Assembly (NCBI GenBank): GCA_040380145.1
Contig: JBEIJQ010000001.1
Span: 1 to 59,662 of the forward strand
Origin: Lewinellaceae bacterium
Lineage (GTDB): Bacteria; Bacteroidota; Bacteroidia; Chitinophagales; Saprospiraceae
DNA length: 59,662 nt
Direction: 5' to 3'
Part shown: one piece after another, positions 17,213 to 27,060 of the stretch
Layout of the letters: every line of letters starts with the position of its first letter
Position numbering within the stretch: position 1 is the first letter of the stretch
The notes under the pieces: generated by a model
Database searches by the model: none
What the model was told of the DNA's origin: nothing
The model's input: only the letters and a program-made list of their open reading frames with translations
Made by a program: the position numbers and the translations under genes

Positions 17213-18661
17213 ATGATCAGACGCGATTTTATCAAAAAAGCCGGCACCTTGGCCCTGGGCGCGCCCCTGATGTGGCAGGCCGACCGTTTGTTTGCCGCTG
17301 CTCCAGCCGCTTCGCCGTGGGGGTTCGAACGGGCCGATTTCGGCGAGGGTTTCAAATGGGGCGTGGCCACCGCGGCGTACCAGATCGAGGGCGCGTGGGA
17401 CCAGGACGGCAAAGGCCCTTCCATCTGGGACGATTTCGTTCACCGGCGCCCGGGCAAGATCAAGACACGCGAAAACGGCGATGTTTCCTGTGATTTTTAC
17501 CGCCGATACAAAGACGATATTGCCCTGATCAAGGCCATGAACCTCGGCGTTTTCCGTTTTTCCACTGCTTGGAGCCGCATTTTGCCCGAAGGCATCGGCG
17601 CCAAAAACCAACAGGGGCTGGATTTTTACGATCGGGTGGTGGACACCTGCCTCGAGGCCGGGGTCGAGCCGTGGATCACCCTGTACCATTGGGACCTGCC
17701 CTTGGCTTTGGAGAAAAAGGGCGGGTGGGCCAACCGCGAGATCGTGAACTGGTTTGCCGAATACGCGGATCTGGTGACGCGGACCTACGGGGACCGGGTG
17801 AAAAATTGGATGGTGCTCAACGAGCCGGCCGCATACACCGCCCTCGGTTATCTGGCCGGGATGCATGCACCGGGCCTGATGGCCCCCAAAAAATTCCTCG
17901 CCGCGGTGCACCACGCCACCCTGTGCACCTCGGAGGGCGCGCGCGCGGTGCGCGCCAATGCGCCCGGCGCCCAGGTCGGCAGCACCTTTTCCTGTGCAAA
18001 AGTGTATGCCAAAAACATCCTGCCGCGTACCCTCGAAGCCGCCCATCGCCTCGATGTGATGCTCAACCGCCTGTTTCTCGAGCCGGTGCTCGGGAAGGGG
18101 TATCCCACCGAAAAATTCGAATTTTTGCAGGGCATCGAATCCTTTGTGCGCCCGGGCGACGAGGCCAAGATGGCCGTGGATCTGGATTTTGTGGGACTGC
18201 AAAACTATACGAGGGCCGTGGCCGAGCATTCCCTGCTGCCCTATGTGTGGTTCCGCGACATTCCCGCCAAAAAACGCGGGATCGCCCCCGAAAACACCAC
18301 CGACATGGGCTGGGAAGTCTATCCCGAGGGCATCTACGAGATGCTCCGACAGTTTGCCGCCTATCCCAACATCCCGCCCATCATCGTCACCGAAAACGGA
18401 GCGGCCTTCCCCGACGCGGTCGAGAACGGTGCCGTGCACGATGCGCGCCGGGTGGAATACTTCCAACGCTACCTCGCAGAGGTGCTGCGGGCCAAACGCG
18501 ACGGAGTGGATGTGCGCGGCTACTTCGTGTGGACGCTGATGGACAACTTCGAGTGGGCCGAAGGGTATCGCCCCCGTTTCGGACTGGTGCACGTGGATTT
18601 CGCCACCCAGCAGCGCACCGTCAAGGATTCGGGCAAGTGGTTCCGGGATTTCTTGGCCTAA
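17213..18661 (+). CDS. glycoside hydrolase family 1 beta-glucosidase with twin-arginine signal
   Basis: 'FKWGVATAAYQIEGAW', 'LNEP' (acid/base) and 'VTENGAAF' (nucleophile). The N-terminus MIRRDFIKKAGTLALGAP is Tat-like. Confidence 0.9.
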   Translation: MIRRDFIKKAGTLALGAPLMWQADRLFAAAPAASPWGFERADFGEGFKWGVATAAYQIEGAWDQDGKGPSIWDDFVHRRPGKIKTRENGDVSCDFYRRYKDDIALIKAMNLGVFRFSTAWSRILPEGIGAKNQQGLDFYDRVVDTCLEAGVEPWITLYHWDLPLALEKKGGWANREIVNWFAEYADLVTRTYGDRVKNWMVLNEPAAYTALGYLAGMHAPGLMAPKKFLAAVHHATLCTSEGARAVRANAPGAQVGSTFSCAKVYAKNILPRTLEAAHRLDVMLNRLFLEPVLGKGYPTEKFEFLQGIESFVRPGDEAKMAVDLDFVGLQNYTRAVAEHSLLPYVWFRDIPAKKRGIAPENTTDMGWEVYPEGIYEMLRQFAAYPNIPPIIVTENGAAFPDAVENGAVHDARRVEYFQRYLAEVLRAKRDGVDVRGYFVWTLMDNFEWAEGYRPRFGLVHVDFATQQRTVKDSGKWFRDFLA

Positions 18662-19659
18662 TCGCCGATCGTCAGAACCACCTTGCCCATCTGTGCGCCG
18701 TTTTCGAGGTGCCGCATCGCGCTTTCGCACTCTCGGAGCTCAAAAACCCGGTCCACCTTCGGAACGATGCGGTGATTACCGACCATCTCGACGAGCGCGG
18801 CGAATTCCGAGGAATTTCCCATCGTGCTGCCCAGCAGCGACAGTTGTTTCCAAAACACTTTTTGGGGAGAAAGTTGGGGCACGGGGCCGGCGGTGCCGCC
18901 GAAAAACACGATCCGGCCGCCGGGTTTGGCCAGATCCAGCAGTTGGTTGAACTGTTCGCCGCCGGCGGAGTCCATGATCACATCGAAGCCGTCGGTTTTT
19001 TGGAGAAGTTTTTGTGCCCAATCTGGGTCCCGGTAATTGGCACCGCCGCAGATCCCAAGCGTTTGCGAAAGGACGAGCTTGGCGTCGGAACCGGAGGTTG
19101 CCCACACTTCTGCGCCGGCGGCATGGGCCAGTTGGGCGCCGATCGTGGCCACGCCGCCTCCGATGCCCGTGACCAACACCCTTTCGCCCGCTTGCAGACC
19201 GGCCCGGGCGAACAGCGCCCGAAAGGCGGTCAATCCGCCCAAGGGAAGTGCCGCGGCTTCGGTCCAGGTCAGATGGGCCGGTTTGGCCACCAGATTTTCC
19301 ACGGGCACCGACACGAACTCCGCGAAGGTTCCGTTGTCGGGCATCCCCAAGATGCGGTACCCCTTGCCCTGGCATTTCGGCGAGGGGCCCCAGTGCAGGG
19401 AAGGGTTCACCACTACCTCGCGCCCTATCCAGGTGGGATCGGCTTGCGATCCGACGGCCTCTACCGTGCCGGCGCCGTCGGAGCCGAGTACCACGGGCGT
19501 CTTGATGCCGGCGTACTGTCCTTTTTGTATCCACACGTCGCGGTGGTTGAGCGCGGCCGCCCGGAGCCGAACGAGCGCTTCGCCCGGGGCCGGTTCGGGG
19601 CTGGGGATTTCGGTCCATTCGAGGGGGGCGTTTTTTTCGCGGAGCAAAAGGGCTTTCAT
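18658..19659 (-). CDS. zinc-type alcohol dehydrogenase / quinone oxidoreductase (MDR family)
   Basis: 'ALVRLRAAALNHRDVWIQKGQY' GroES-like N-domain and a 'VLVTGIGGGVATIGAQLAHAAGAEV' Rossmann motif. Confidence 0.8.
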   Translation of the reverse strand: MKALLLREKNAPLEWTEIPSPEPAPGEALVRLRAAALNHRDVWIQKGQYAGIKTPVVLGSDGAGTVEAVGSQADPTWIGREVVVNPSLHWGPSPKCQGKGYRILGMPDNGTFAEFVSVPVENLVAKPAHLTWTEAAALPLGGLTAFRALFARAGLQAGERVLVTGIGGGVATIGAQLAHAAGAEVWATSGSDAKLVLSQTLGICGGANYRDPDWAQKLLQKTDGFDVIMDSAGGEQFNQLLDLAKPGGRIVFFGGTAGPVPQLSPQKVFWKQLSLLGSTMGNSSEFAALVEMVGNHRIVPKVDRVFELRECESAMRHLENGAQMGKVVLTIGD

Positions 19660-19772
19660 GTCGGTCGTGGATCGGTTTTTTTCGAAAAAAAGGGAAGCCG
19701 CGAAAATACTATATTTGCCGACAAAAGCCGCCGGCCCTTGGCGGCCCGTGCACTATCGCCCACCGTCCATTT

Positions 19773-20432
19773 TTGCCGACGACTTTGAAAGACACTTTCA
19801 GACACAAAGGCCTTCGCCGCCGTTTGGTGGAAGAACTCCGCGGAAAAGGTATTCGCGACGAGTCCGTTTTGGCGGCCATCAACGCCGTGCCGAGGCATTT
19901 TTTTCTGGAAAAAGCCTTCGAAGAGATCGCCTACGAGGACCGGGCGTTCCCCATCGGGGCCGACCAGACGATTTCACAGCCTTTCACCGTGGCCTATCAG
20001 ACCTCTTTGCTGGAAGTGCACGCCGGCCAGTCGGTGCTGGAAATAGGCACCGGATCGGGCTATCAGGCCTGTGTGCTGGCCGCGATGGGCGCCCATGTGT
20101 GTACCCTCGAGCGACAGGAAACGCTGTACCGCCAGGCCCAGGTGATGTTCATGGCCTTGGGCTTCGAGCATGTCCGGGCGTTTTTCCGCGACGGTTACGG
20201 CGGTCTGCCCGAAATGGCCCCTTTCGACCGCATCTTGGTCACCTGTGGTGCGCCCGAAGTCCCCGAAACGCTGAAAGACCAGCTGCGCATCGGCGGCATC
20301 ATGGTGATCCCGGTGGATGAGGGCGCGGGCGACCAGCGCATGATCCGATTGCGCCGCACGGGCTCCACTTCGTTCGAGGAGACCCGTTTGGACCGTTTCC
20401 GTTTCGTGCCTTTTTTGAGGGGAAAATCCTGA
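19773..20432 (+). CDS. pcm: protein-L-isoaspartate O-methyltransferase
   Basis: 'VPRHFFL', 'DQTISQPFTVA' and the SAM motif 'VLEIGTGSGYQACVLA'. No in-frame ATG, so the start is TTG at 19773 (or 19785). Confidence 0.85.
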   Translation: MPTTLKDTFRHKGLRRRLVEELRGKGIRDESVLAAINAVPRHFFLEKAFEEIAYEDRAFPIGADQTISQPFTVAYQTSLLEVHAGQSVLEIGTGSGYQACVLAAMGAHVCTLERQETLYRQAQVMFMALGFEHVRAFFRDGYGGLPEMAPFDRILVTCGAPEVPETLKDQLRIGGIMVIPVDEGAGDQRMIRLRRTGSTSFEETRLDRFRFVPFLRGKS

Positions 20433-20436
20433 ACAG

Positions 20437-21468
20437 ATGCGTTCCTTGCTCTATGGGCTGTGGGTGTTGGTCAGCGTGGCGGTTTTGGTGACCACGCTCC
20501 TGTACCTCGCTCCGGTGGATCCCGCGCTGATGACTTTCGGACAAATGGCCGACAAAAAAGCCGTCGAGGCCAAGCGCGCCGAACTGGGCTTGGATCGGCC
20601 CTTGTGGCAGCAGATCGGTTCGGCGTTGAACGACCTGTCGCCCCTTTCGTGGCATGTGCCCGAGCGGCCGCCGAGGACGGCGCACCTCGTGCTGTTGCGC
20701 ATCGGATCCGGATCGTTGGCCCTGAAGTGGCCTTGGTTGCGGGAATCGTATCAGAACGGCCGTCCCGTGCACGAACTGATCGCGCAGGCCCTGCCCGGCA
20801 CCGCGCTGTTGGCCCTCGCGGCCATTGCGTTGGCCGTGTGCATCGGCTTGCCCCTCGGCGTTTTTGCGGCCCTCCGCCGGGGCACGGTCCTCGATGTCGG
20901 CGTGCAAGCGGTTTCCACGCTGGGGATTTCGCTGCCCGGCTATGTGGCCGGCATCCTGTTGGCCTATGTTTTCGGGGTGCTGCTTTCCGAACGGACGGGC
21001 CTCGACCCGTTTGGGGCCGTGTTCGATTTCGACGACTATGGAAATCCCACGGTGGTGTGGTCCAATCTCCTGCTGCCCGCCGTGGCGCTGGGTATGCGTC
21101 CGGTGGCGCTGATCGCCCAACTGTCGCGGGGCTCGATGATCGAGACCTTGTCGCAGGACTTCGTGCGCACGGCGCGCGCAAAAGGGCTTTCTCCGGCCTC
21201 GGTTTTTTGGAAGCACGCCCTGCGGAACGCTCTGACGCCCGTGCTCACCGCCACCTCGGGCTGGTTTGCGGCGCTTTTGACCGGGGCGGTCTTCGTGGAG
21301 CGGGTTTTCGCCTATCCGGGCTTGGGCAACACGTTGGTCGAGCACCTGTTGGCCTTCGACATTCCGGTGGTCTTGGGCATTTCGCTCTTCATGGCCGCCG
21401 TTTTCCTGACGGTCAATGCGTTTACAGACCGTTTATATGTTATTTTGGATCCGCGTTCGGGCCGTTGA
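20437..21468 (+). CDS. ABC transporter permease (DppB/OppB-like)
   Basis: Has the N-terminal TM then extended-loop architecture, with the EAA-like loop 'FVRTARAKGLSPASVFWKHALRNALTPVL'. Confidence 0.8.
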   Translation: MRSLLYGLWVLVSVAVLVTTLLYLAPVDPALMTFGQMADKKAVEAKRAELGLDRPLWQQIGSALNDLSPLSWHVPERPPRTAHLVLLRIGSGSLALKWPWLRESYQNGRPVHELIAQALPGTALLALAAIALAVCIGLPLGVFAALRRGTVLDVGVQAVSTLGISLPGYVAGILLAYVFGVLLSERTGLDPFGAVFDFDDYGNPTVVWSNLLLPAVALGMRPVALIAQLSRGSMIETLSQDFVRTARAKGLSPASVFWKHALRNALTPVLTATSGWFAALLTGAVFVERVFAYPGLGNTLVEHLLAFDIPVVLGISLFMAAVFLTVNAFTDRLYVILDPRSGR

Positions 21469-21471
21469 CGG

Positions 21472-22530
21472 TCAAAGAAAATCCACGTCCACGGAATACG
21501 GGTACTGCATCAGATAGCCGACCGCCGTGTCCACATCGAGGTTTTTGAAAAAAATGCGGTACATCGTCTGGGTGATCGGCGCGTGAACTTTGTGGGCATC
21601 GGCGATTTTTTTCATCGTTTCCAGCGTGCTCGGCCCTTCGGCCACCTCGTCGGCGTCCGTTTGGATCTGTTGGAGGGTTTCGCCCCGGGCCACCCGGAAG
21701 CCGAGGGAGTAGTTGCGGCTGTTGGGTGAGGCGGCGGTGGCGATCAGGTCGCCGATGCCGGCCACACCCAAAAATGCGGGGGTGTTGGCGCCGAGCGCCT
21801 TGCCGAGGTGGATCATTTCGGACAGTCCGCGGGTCACCAACAAGGCCCAAAGATTGAGGCCGTATCCTCTGCCTGCTAGGGCGCCCGCACCGAGCGCGAT
21901 GATGTTTTTCAGCGCACCGGCCAGTTCGGCGCCCACGATGTCGTGGTTGCCGTACACTTGGAAACGATGGCTGCGCAGCGCTTCCTGCCCGGCACGGATC
22001 ACCTCCGTGTACCGGCTGGCCAACAAGGTCGCGGCGGGTTGACCCGCGTTGATCTCGGCGGACAAGTTGGGACCCGACAGGCAGCCGATCCGCACCACTA
22101 CACTTTCTTGCGCGATCACTTCGCTCATCGTGGACAGGTGCTTGCGCTGCAGGGGGGCGACCCCTTTGTAGTGGAAAAGATCGAGTCCTTTGGTGCCGTG
22201 GATCAGTATATGGGAGGGTTTCAGCAAGGGGCCCAGATCGAGCATCATATCCCGGAAATAGGCGGACGGGACGATGGGGAAAATCAGGCCGCACTGTTCG
22301 GCCAACTCCGCCAGATCGGTCGTGGGGCGGACCCTTGGGTGCAGTTTTCCTTTGGTGAAACTGCCCTGCCTCAGTTCTTCCACGGTTTCGTCGCGGCGGG
22401 CAAAGAGCAGCACTTCGCCGTTTTCGGCCAGCAGGTTCGCCACGGCCAGTCCGAAACTGCCGGAACCCACGACGCCGTAGATCTTGGACGGGCTTTCGTC
22501 CGGGAGAAGTGGAAGGGATTGGTCGGGCAT
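21472..22530 (-). CDS. gpsA: NAD(P)H-dependent glycerol-3-phosphate dehydrogenase
   Basis: 'IYGVVGSGSFGLAVANLL' dinucleotide fold, 'GALKNIIALGAG', 'TRGLSEMIHLG', 'GDLIATAASPNSRN'. Confidence 0.85.
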   Translation of the reverse strand: MPDQSLPLLPDESPSKIYGVVGSGSFGLAVANLLAENGEVLLFARRDETVEELRQGSFTKGKLHPRVRPTTDLAELAEQCGLIFPIVPSAYFRDMMLDLGPLLKPSHILIHGTKGLDLFHYKGVAPLQRKHLSTMSEVIAQESVVVRIGCLSGPNLSAEINAGQPAATLLASRYTEVIRAGQEALRSHRFQVYGNHDIVGAELAGALKNIIALGAGALAGRGYGLNLWALLVTRGLSEMIHLGKALGANTPAFLGVAGIGDLIATAASPNSRNYSLGFRVARGETLQQIQTDADEVAEGPSTLETMKKIADAHKVHAPITQTMYRIFFKNLDVDTAVGYLMQYPYSVDVDFL

Positions 22531-22562
22531 TTTCGGGATTTTTTTCTCAAAAAAAATGGAAA

Positions 22563-24683
22563 TCAGCGGGCCTGGTATGCTGAGCCCATCCGGTCCAGCA
22601 TGAAGGCCAGCTTGTCGGTCTCCTCTTCGATCACCATGTTGGTGGGCTTGCCGGCGCCGTGGCCGGCGCGGACATCGATGCGGATCAGGCAGGGCTCAGG
22701 GCCTTGTTGGGCCGCTTGCAGGGCGGCGGCGAATTTGTACGAGTGGGCCGGCACCACGCGGTCGTCGTGGTCGGCCGTGGTGATCAGCGTGGCGGGGTAG
22801 TGGCAGGGGCGGCAGTTGTGCACCGGCGAATAACTGTAGAGGTAATCGAACATTTCGCGGCTCTCGTCACTCCGTCCGTAATCGTCCGCCCAAAAGTAGC
22901 CGATCGTGAACCGGTGGTAGCGGAGCATGTCCAGCACCCCGACGCCCGGCAGGCACACCCCGAACAGGTCGGGCCGCATGGTCATGCAGGCGCCGACCAG
23001 CAGTCCGCCGTTGGAGCGGCCCTCGATGGCGAGCTGTTTGGGCTGCGTGTAGCCTTGCTTGACGAGGAACTCGGCCGCGGAGATGAAATCTTCGAACACA
23101 TGTTTCTTTTGCAGCTTGGTGCCCGCCTTGTGCCAGGTTTCCCCGTATTCACCGCCCCCACGGATGTTCGCCACGGCATACACGCCGCCCTGTTCGAGCA
23201 GGGCGATCACTTGGGGCTTGAAGGCCGGTGTCACGCTGATGTTGAAGCCGCCGTATCCGTACAGCAGGGTGGGGCGTTTGCCGTCCAACGGAAGGTTCTT
23301 TTTGCAGGTGACGAACATGGGCACACGGGTGCCGTCGGCCGATGCATAAAAAACCTGCTTGGTCTCGTAGTCGTTCGGGTCAAAGGTCAATCGGGGCGCG
23401 CTCAACGCCGAAACGGCGCCCGTGGACACCTCCAAGCGGAAAACGGAGGTCGGTCGCAAAAAAGAAGAAAATGTGAAGAACGCCTCGTCCGAATCGGGTT
23501 TGCCATTGATGGTCCCCACCGTGCCCAATTCGGGCAGGACGGGCGTTTGCACCACTTGTCCCTGGCGGTCGCAGATGCGCAGTTCGTTGGCCGCATCGCG
23601 CAGATACAGGCACACGAAACGGCCTCCGATGTGCTCGGCCGAGGTGAGCACCTGTTCGAGGGCGGGCACCAGCGTTTTCCAGTTTTGGGGCTCGGGGCGC
23701 ACCGCGTCGATCTCGATGAGCCGATAAGTCGGAGCGTCGCGGTTGGTCAGCACGAATAGTTTGGAGCCTTCGTTGCCGATCACCGAAAAATCGTGTTCGA
23801 ATCCGTCCACGATGGGCCTGAATGTCTTGCCGGGGCTTTGCAGGTCGCGGATGAGCAGGGCGTTGCCGCTGGTCGAGCGGGCGGGGTAGAGGAGCAGGTA
23901 GCGGCCGTCCCGCGTGGTCTGCACGCTGAACCCATGGTCGGGATGGCCCCGGTCTTCATAGACCAGCTCGTCGTCCTTTTGGGAGGTGCCCAGCCGATGG
24001 TACTTGATCTGCTGGTTTTCGTTCTTGTCGGAAAGGGGCCGACCGTTTTCGTCGGCCGGATAACTGCCGTAAAAAAAACCTTCGCCCGACCATGCCACGC
24101 CCGAAAATTTGGTCCATTCGACCGCGTCGGGCAGGTTCTGGCCGCTTTGCAGGTCCTTGACGCGGATCGTGCGCCAGTCCGAGCCGCCGTCCACGACATC
24201 GTATGCGAGGTAGCGGCCGTCCTTGGAAAAATAAACGGCGCCCACCGAAACCGTCCCGTCCTCCGAAAGTTGGTTGGGATCCAACACGAGTTCGGCCTCC
24301 CCTTCGCCGGGCGATCGACGGGCGTACAGAACACTTTGGTTCTGCAAGCCGTCGTTTTTGAAAAAATAGTATCTGTCACCTTCTTTGGAAGGAGCCGAAA
24401 GTTTTTCGTAGTTCCACAGTTGAGTGAGCCGTTCGGCAATGGCCGGACGGAAGGGGATCTTCTCGAGCAGCGAGAAGGTCCGGGCGTTTTGGGCCGTGAC
24501 CCACGCGCGGGTCGCCGGCGTGTCGGGGTTTTCCAACCAACGGTACGGGTCCTGCACCAGGGTACCAAAGTAGTCGTCCTGTACGTTTTCTTGCGGGGTC
24601 ACGGTCTGTTGGAATTTTTTCAGAAAAAACAAGACGGCGGCGACGAACAGAACGGGGACGCCGATGGAGTACAATTTTTTCAT
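22563..24683 (-). CDS. prolyl oligopeptidase (S9A)
   Basis: ATG 24683 (MKKLYSIGVPVLFVAAVLFF). 'DPYRWLEN' N-terminal motif, beta-propeller region, 'GRSNGGLLVGA' nucleophile elbow, 'ADHDDRV' and 'GHGAGKP' catalytic Asp/His. Confidence 0.85.
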   Translation of the reverse strand: MKKLYSIGVPVLFVAAVLFFLKKFQQTVTPQENVQDDYFGTLVQDPYRWLENPDTPATRAWVTAQNARTFSLLEKIPFRPAIAERLTQLWNYEKLSAPSKEGDRYYFFKNDGLQNQSVLYARRSPGEGEAELVLDPNQLSEDGTVSVGAVYFSKDGRYLAYDVVDGGSDWRTIRVKDLQSGQNLPDAVEWTKFSGVAWSGEGFFYGSYPADENGRPLSDKNENQQIKYHRLGTSQKDDELVYEDRGHPDHGFSVQTTRDGRYLLLYPARSTSGNALLIRDLQSPGKTFRPIVDGFEHDFSVIGNEGSKLFVLTNRDAPTYRLIEIDAVRPEPQNWKTLVPALEQVLTSAEHIGGRFVCLYLRDAANELRICDRQGQVVQTPVLPELGTVGTINGKPDSDEAFFTFSSFLRPTSVFRLEVSTGAVSALSAPRLTFDPNDYETKQVFYASADGTRVPMFVTCKKNLPLDGKRPTLLYGYGGFNISVTPAFKPQVIALLEQGGVYAVANIRGGGEYGETWHKAGTKLQKKHVFEDFISAAEFLVKQGYTQPKQLAIEGRSNGGLLVGACMTMRPDLFGVCLPGVGVLDMLRYHRFTIGYFWADDYGRSDESREMFDYLYSYSPVHNCRPCHYPATLITTADHDDRVVPAHSYKFAAALQAAQQGPEPCLIRIDVRAGHGAGKPTNMVIEEETDKLAFMLDRMGSAYQAR

Positions 24684-24816
24684 GGGGAAAGGAAAAGTGG
24701 AAAGGGGGGCGGAAAGTGCCGGAGCCCGAAATCGGCTTATCTTCGCGGCCGGAATCGGGCCGTGAAATGGGGGCCACGAAATTACCGCTATTTTTTTTTC
24801 GGACAAAATCGAACGA

Positions 24817-25857
24817 ATGGGCACAGCCAACACTTGGCGGTTCGGCCGCTGTTGTTTCCCCCACGCTTTCCCGTGGGTCGCCTTGTTATTGGGTGTCGCG
24901 CTGTCGGTTCCCTCGACGGTGTGGTCGCAGATCCAGGCCACCGACCAGCAGGGCCGCAAGATCCTGGTCTATCCGGACGGGACTTGGAAATTGGTGGACA
25001 GCACAGCCGCCACAGCGCCCCCGACCGCTCAACACGAACCGCCCGCCCGCCAGGCCAAACCCAAAGAAAAGCAGCCCGCCCAGCCGCGCGACAAAGACAA
25101 AACGCCGGCCAAGCGCGCCAAGGCCGATCTCGATGTGTTCGGCGAGGCCCTGCAATTGGACACGGCGGGGTTGGCCCAAAAGGAGCGCGACATCGTCGCC
25201 GAGGTCGCGCTCCCGTCTGCTTCCGACACTGCGGCGACGGCGATGACCGCCCCGACCGATCCCGCGCCCATCCTGATGGCTCCGCCGCCCGCGACCGCGG
25301 ACCGTTGGAAAACCCCGGTCGCCGCACAGGTCCTGCCGCACCCCGGCACTTCGCAGCCCTGCAGGCTCGTGCGCGATCAAGTGGACGAGTTCACCGGCAA
25401 GCGCCTGCGGACCGTCGCCGAATCCTATTTTTTCGGCCATCGGCGCAACGACGAAACGGAGGGTGGGGCCAAACCCTCCCCAAAGGACGACTACCTGTCG
25501 GTCTTTTCGGGACTGTCGCAAGAGGGCGAGAACTGTTTTCTGACCGTGACCTTTCTGCTGCACTCGCCCTATGGCCGCGCGGAATACGGATACATACCGG
25601 AGCGGGCCCCGTTCCAGCTGATGACCGTTTCCGGAGAGGTCGTCGCACTGACGGCCATGAGCGCAGACCGGGGCCGGGTGGTGGGGGATGAAACCCATTA
25701 CCGGGCACTTTTTTACTTGGATCCCAAGATCCGAAAGACCTTGCAGAGCGCGGAGGTGGACAAGGTCCGCTTCGGTTGGAGCGGGGGAAGCGAGACCTAC
25801 GAAGTGTACGATGTGGATTTCGTTTCCCGCCAGTTGAAATGTCTTTTTCCCAAGTAA
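24817..25857 (+). CDS. hypothetical secreted protein with Pro/Ala/Lys-rich linker
   Basis: Signal-like 'FPWVALLLGVALSVPSTVWSQ', a low-complexity middle and a structured C-terminal half. No recognised domain. Confidence 0.5.
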   Translation: MGTANTWRFGRCCFPHAFPWVALLLGVALSVPSTVWSQIQATDQQGRKILVYPDGTWKLVDSTAATAPPTAQHEPPARQAKPKEKQPAQPRDKDKTPAKRAKADLDVFGEALQLDTAGLAQKERDIVAEVALPSASDTAATAMTAPTDPAPILMAPPPATADRWKTPVAAQVLPHPGTSQPCRLVRDQVDEFTGKRLRTVAESYFFGHRRNDETEGGAKPSPKDDYLSVFSGLSQEGENCFLTVTFLLHSPYGRAEYGYIPERAPFQLMTVSGEVVALTAMSADRGRVVGDETHYRALFYLDPKIRKTLQSAEVDKVRFGWSGGSETYEVYDVDFVSRQLKCLFPK

Positions 25858-25879
25858 AAACAGTCAGAAAAAAGGGCGG

Positions 25880-27021
25880 CTATCTGAACCGATAGAGGTC
25901 CGACAGTCCGGAACCGCTGGTCAACAGTATGGCCATCAATTCGGGAAACCGATCGGGCGTGCAGGCAAACGACGGGATATCCAGATCGCCCAGTTTTTGT
26001 GCCAAGTGCTGGTCGAAAGAGGGCGCGCCCTCGTCGGAAAGGGCCAGCAGCACGACCATGCGCACACCGGAGCGCTTCAGTTCGGCGCATTTTTTCAACA
26101 TCTGGGCAGCATTTCCTCCCTCGTACAGGTCGCTGATCAGCACCAAAACCGTCTCTGCGGGCCGGGCGATCAGTTTTTCGCAGTACTTGAGCGCGTTGTG
26201 GATGTCGGTGCCGCCGCCCAGTTGGGCGGCAAACAGCAGTTCGACGGGGTCTTCCAGGTCCTTGGTCAGGTCCACGGCCGCGGTGTCGAAAACGACCATT
26301 TTGGTGGTGATCGAACGGATGCTGGCCAGCACCGCTCCGTACACGCCGGCATATACCACCGAAGCGGCCATCGAGCCGCTCTGGTCCACGCACAGGATGA
26401 TGTCCCGCAGGCTTTTTCCCTTGCGGCCGAATCCTTCGAGATCTTGGGGGATGATGGTCTTGAACTCGCTCTGGTAATGCTTCAGGTTGCGCCGGACGGT
26501 GCGTTGCCAGTCGATCTCGTGGATCCTCGGGCGGCGGTTGCGCACTTGGCGGCTCATCGCGCCGGCGATGGCTTCGCGCAGGGGCGCCGACAATTTTTTT
26601 CCAGGTCTTCTACCACTTTGCGGACGACCGTTCGGGCCGTGTCGCGGGTTTTTTCGGGCATGGCCCGTTTGAGCGAGATCAGGGTGCCGACCAAGTGCAC
26701 ATCGGCTTCGATGGTGCTCAGCACCTCGGGTTCGAACAGCAGCCGGTCCAGTTCGTATTTTTCGATGGCGTCCTTGATCATGATCTGCACCACCGATGTA
26801 GGGAAATACTGCCGGATGTCGCCCAGCCAGCGGTTCAGGCGGGGCGCCGAACTGCCCAACCCGCCTTTCCGGTCGTTTTCCGAATTGCGTCCTCCTTTTT
26901 CGGAAGAAAGGTCGCCGTACAGGTCTTCGAGCGCTTTGTCCATTTCCCCTTCGATGCCCGACAGGGGCACGCTCTGTTCGGGATCCGACGGGGCTCCGAG
27001 TATCAATCTCCAGCGTTCCAT
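25880..27021 (-). pseudogene. CoxE/YehP-like von Willebrand factor A domain protein, interrupted by a 1-nt frameshift in an A7 tract
   Basis: The N-terminal fragment (27021..26554) begins 'MERWRLILG'. The C-terminal fragment (26593..25880) has MIDAS 'CVDQSGSM' and 'GGGTD'. The two frames overlap at the T7 run (plus strand) 26594-26600. One extra A gives ...VVEDLEKKLSAPLREAIAG... in frame. Confidence 0.65.
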
Positions 27022-27060
27022 TTGTTGTAGTTGGTTTTTGTGGGGGGCAAAAAAGCGATT

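Noticed and set aside
17111-19788. 539-aa (minus) and 739-aa (plus) ORFs spanning the GH1 and MDR-dehydrogenase genes
   Set aside because: They are out-of-frame or antisense to two genes with strong family motifs. Their composition is Arg/Gly/Pro/Ala-dominated.
20437-21468. Orphan DppB-like ABC permease as part of a novel system with pcm
   Set aside because: A lone permease next to pcm is unremarkable without its partners. Most likely the other transporter components are encoded elsewhere. Nothing in the sequence suggests a functional link.
20299-25691. Long alternative-frame ORFs (20299..21345 -, 20460..21548 +, 21440..22294 -, 22659..23759 +, 23793..25691 +, 24886..25698 -)
   Set aside because: All overlap genes with clear identities (ABC permease, gpsA, prolyl oligopeptidase). 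All have low-complexity Arg/Gly/Pro composition.
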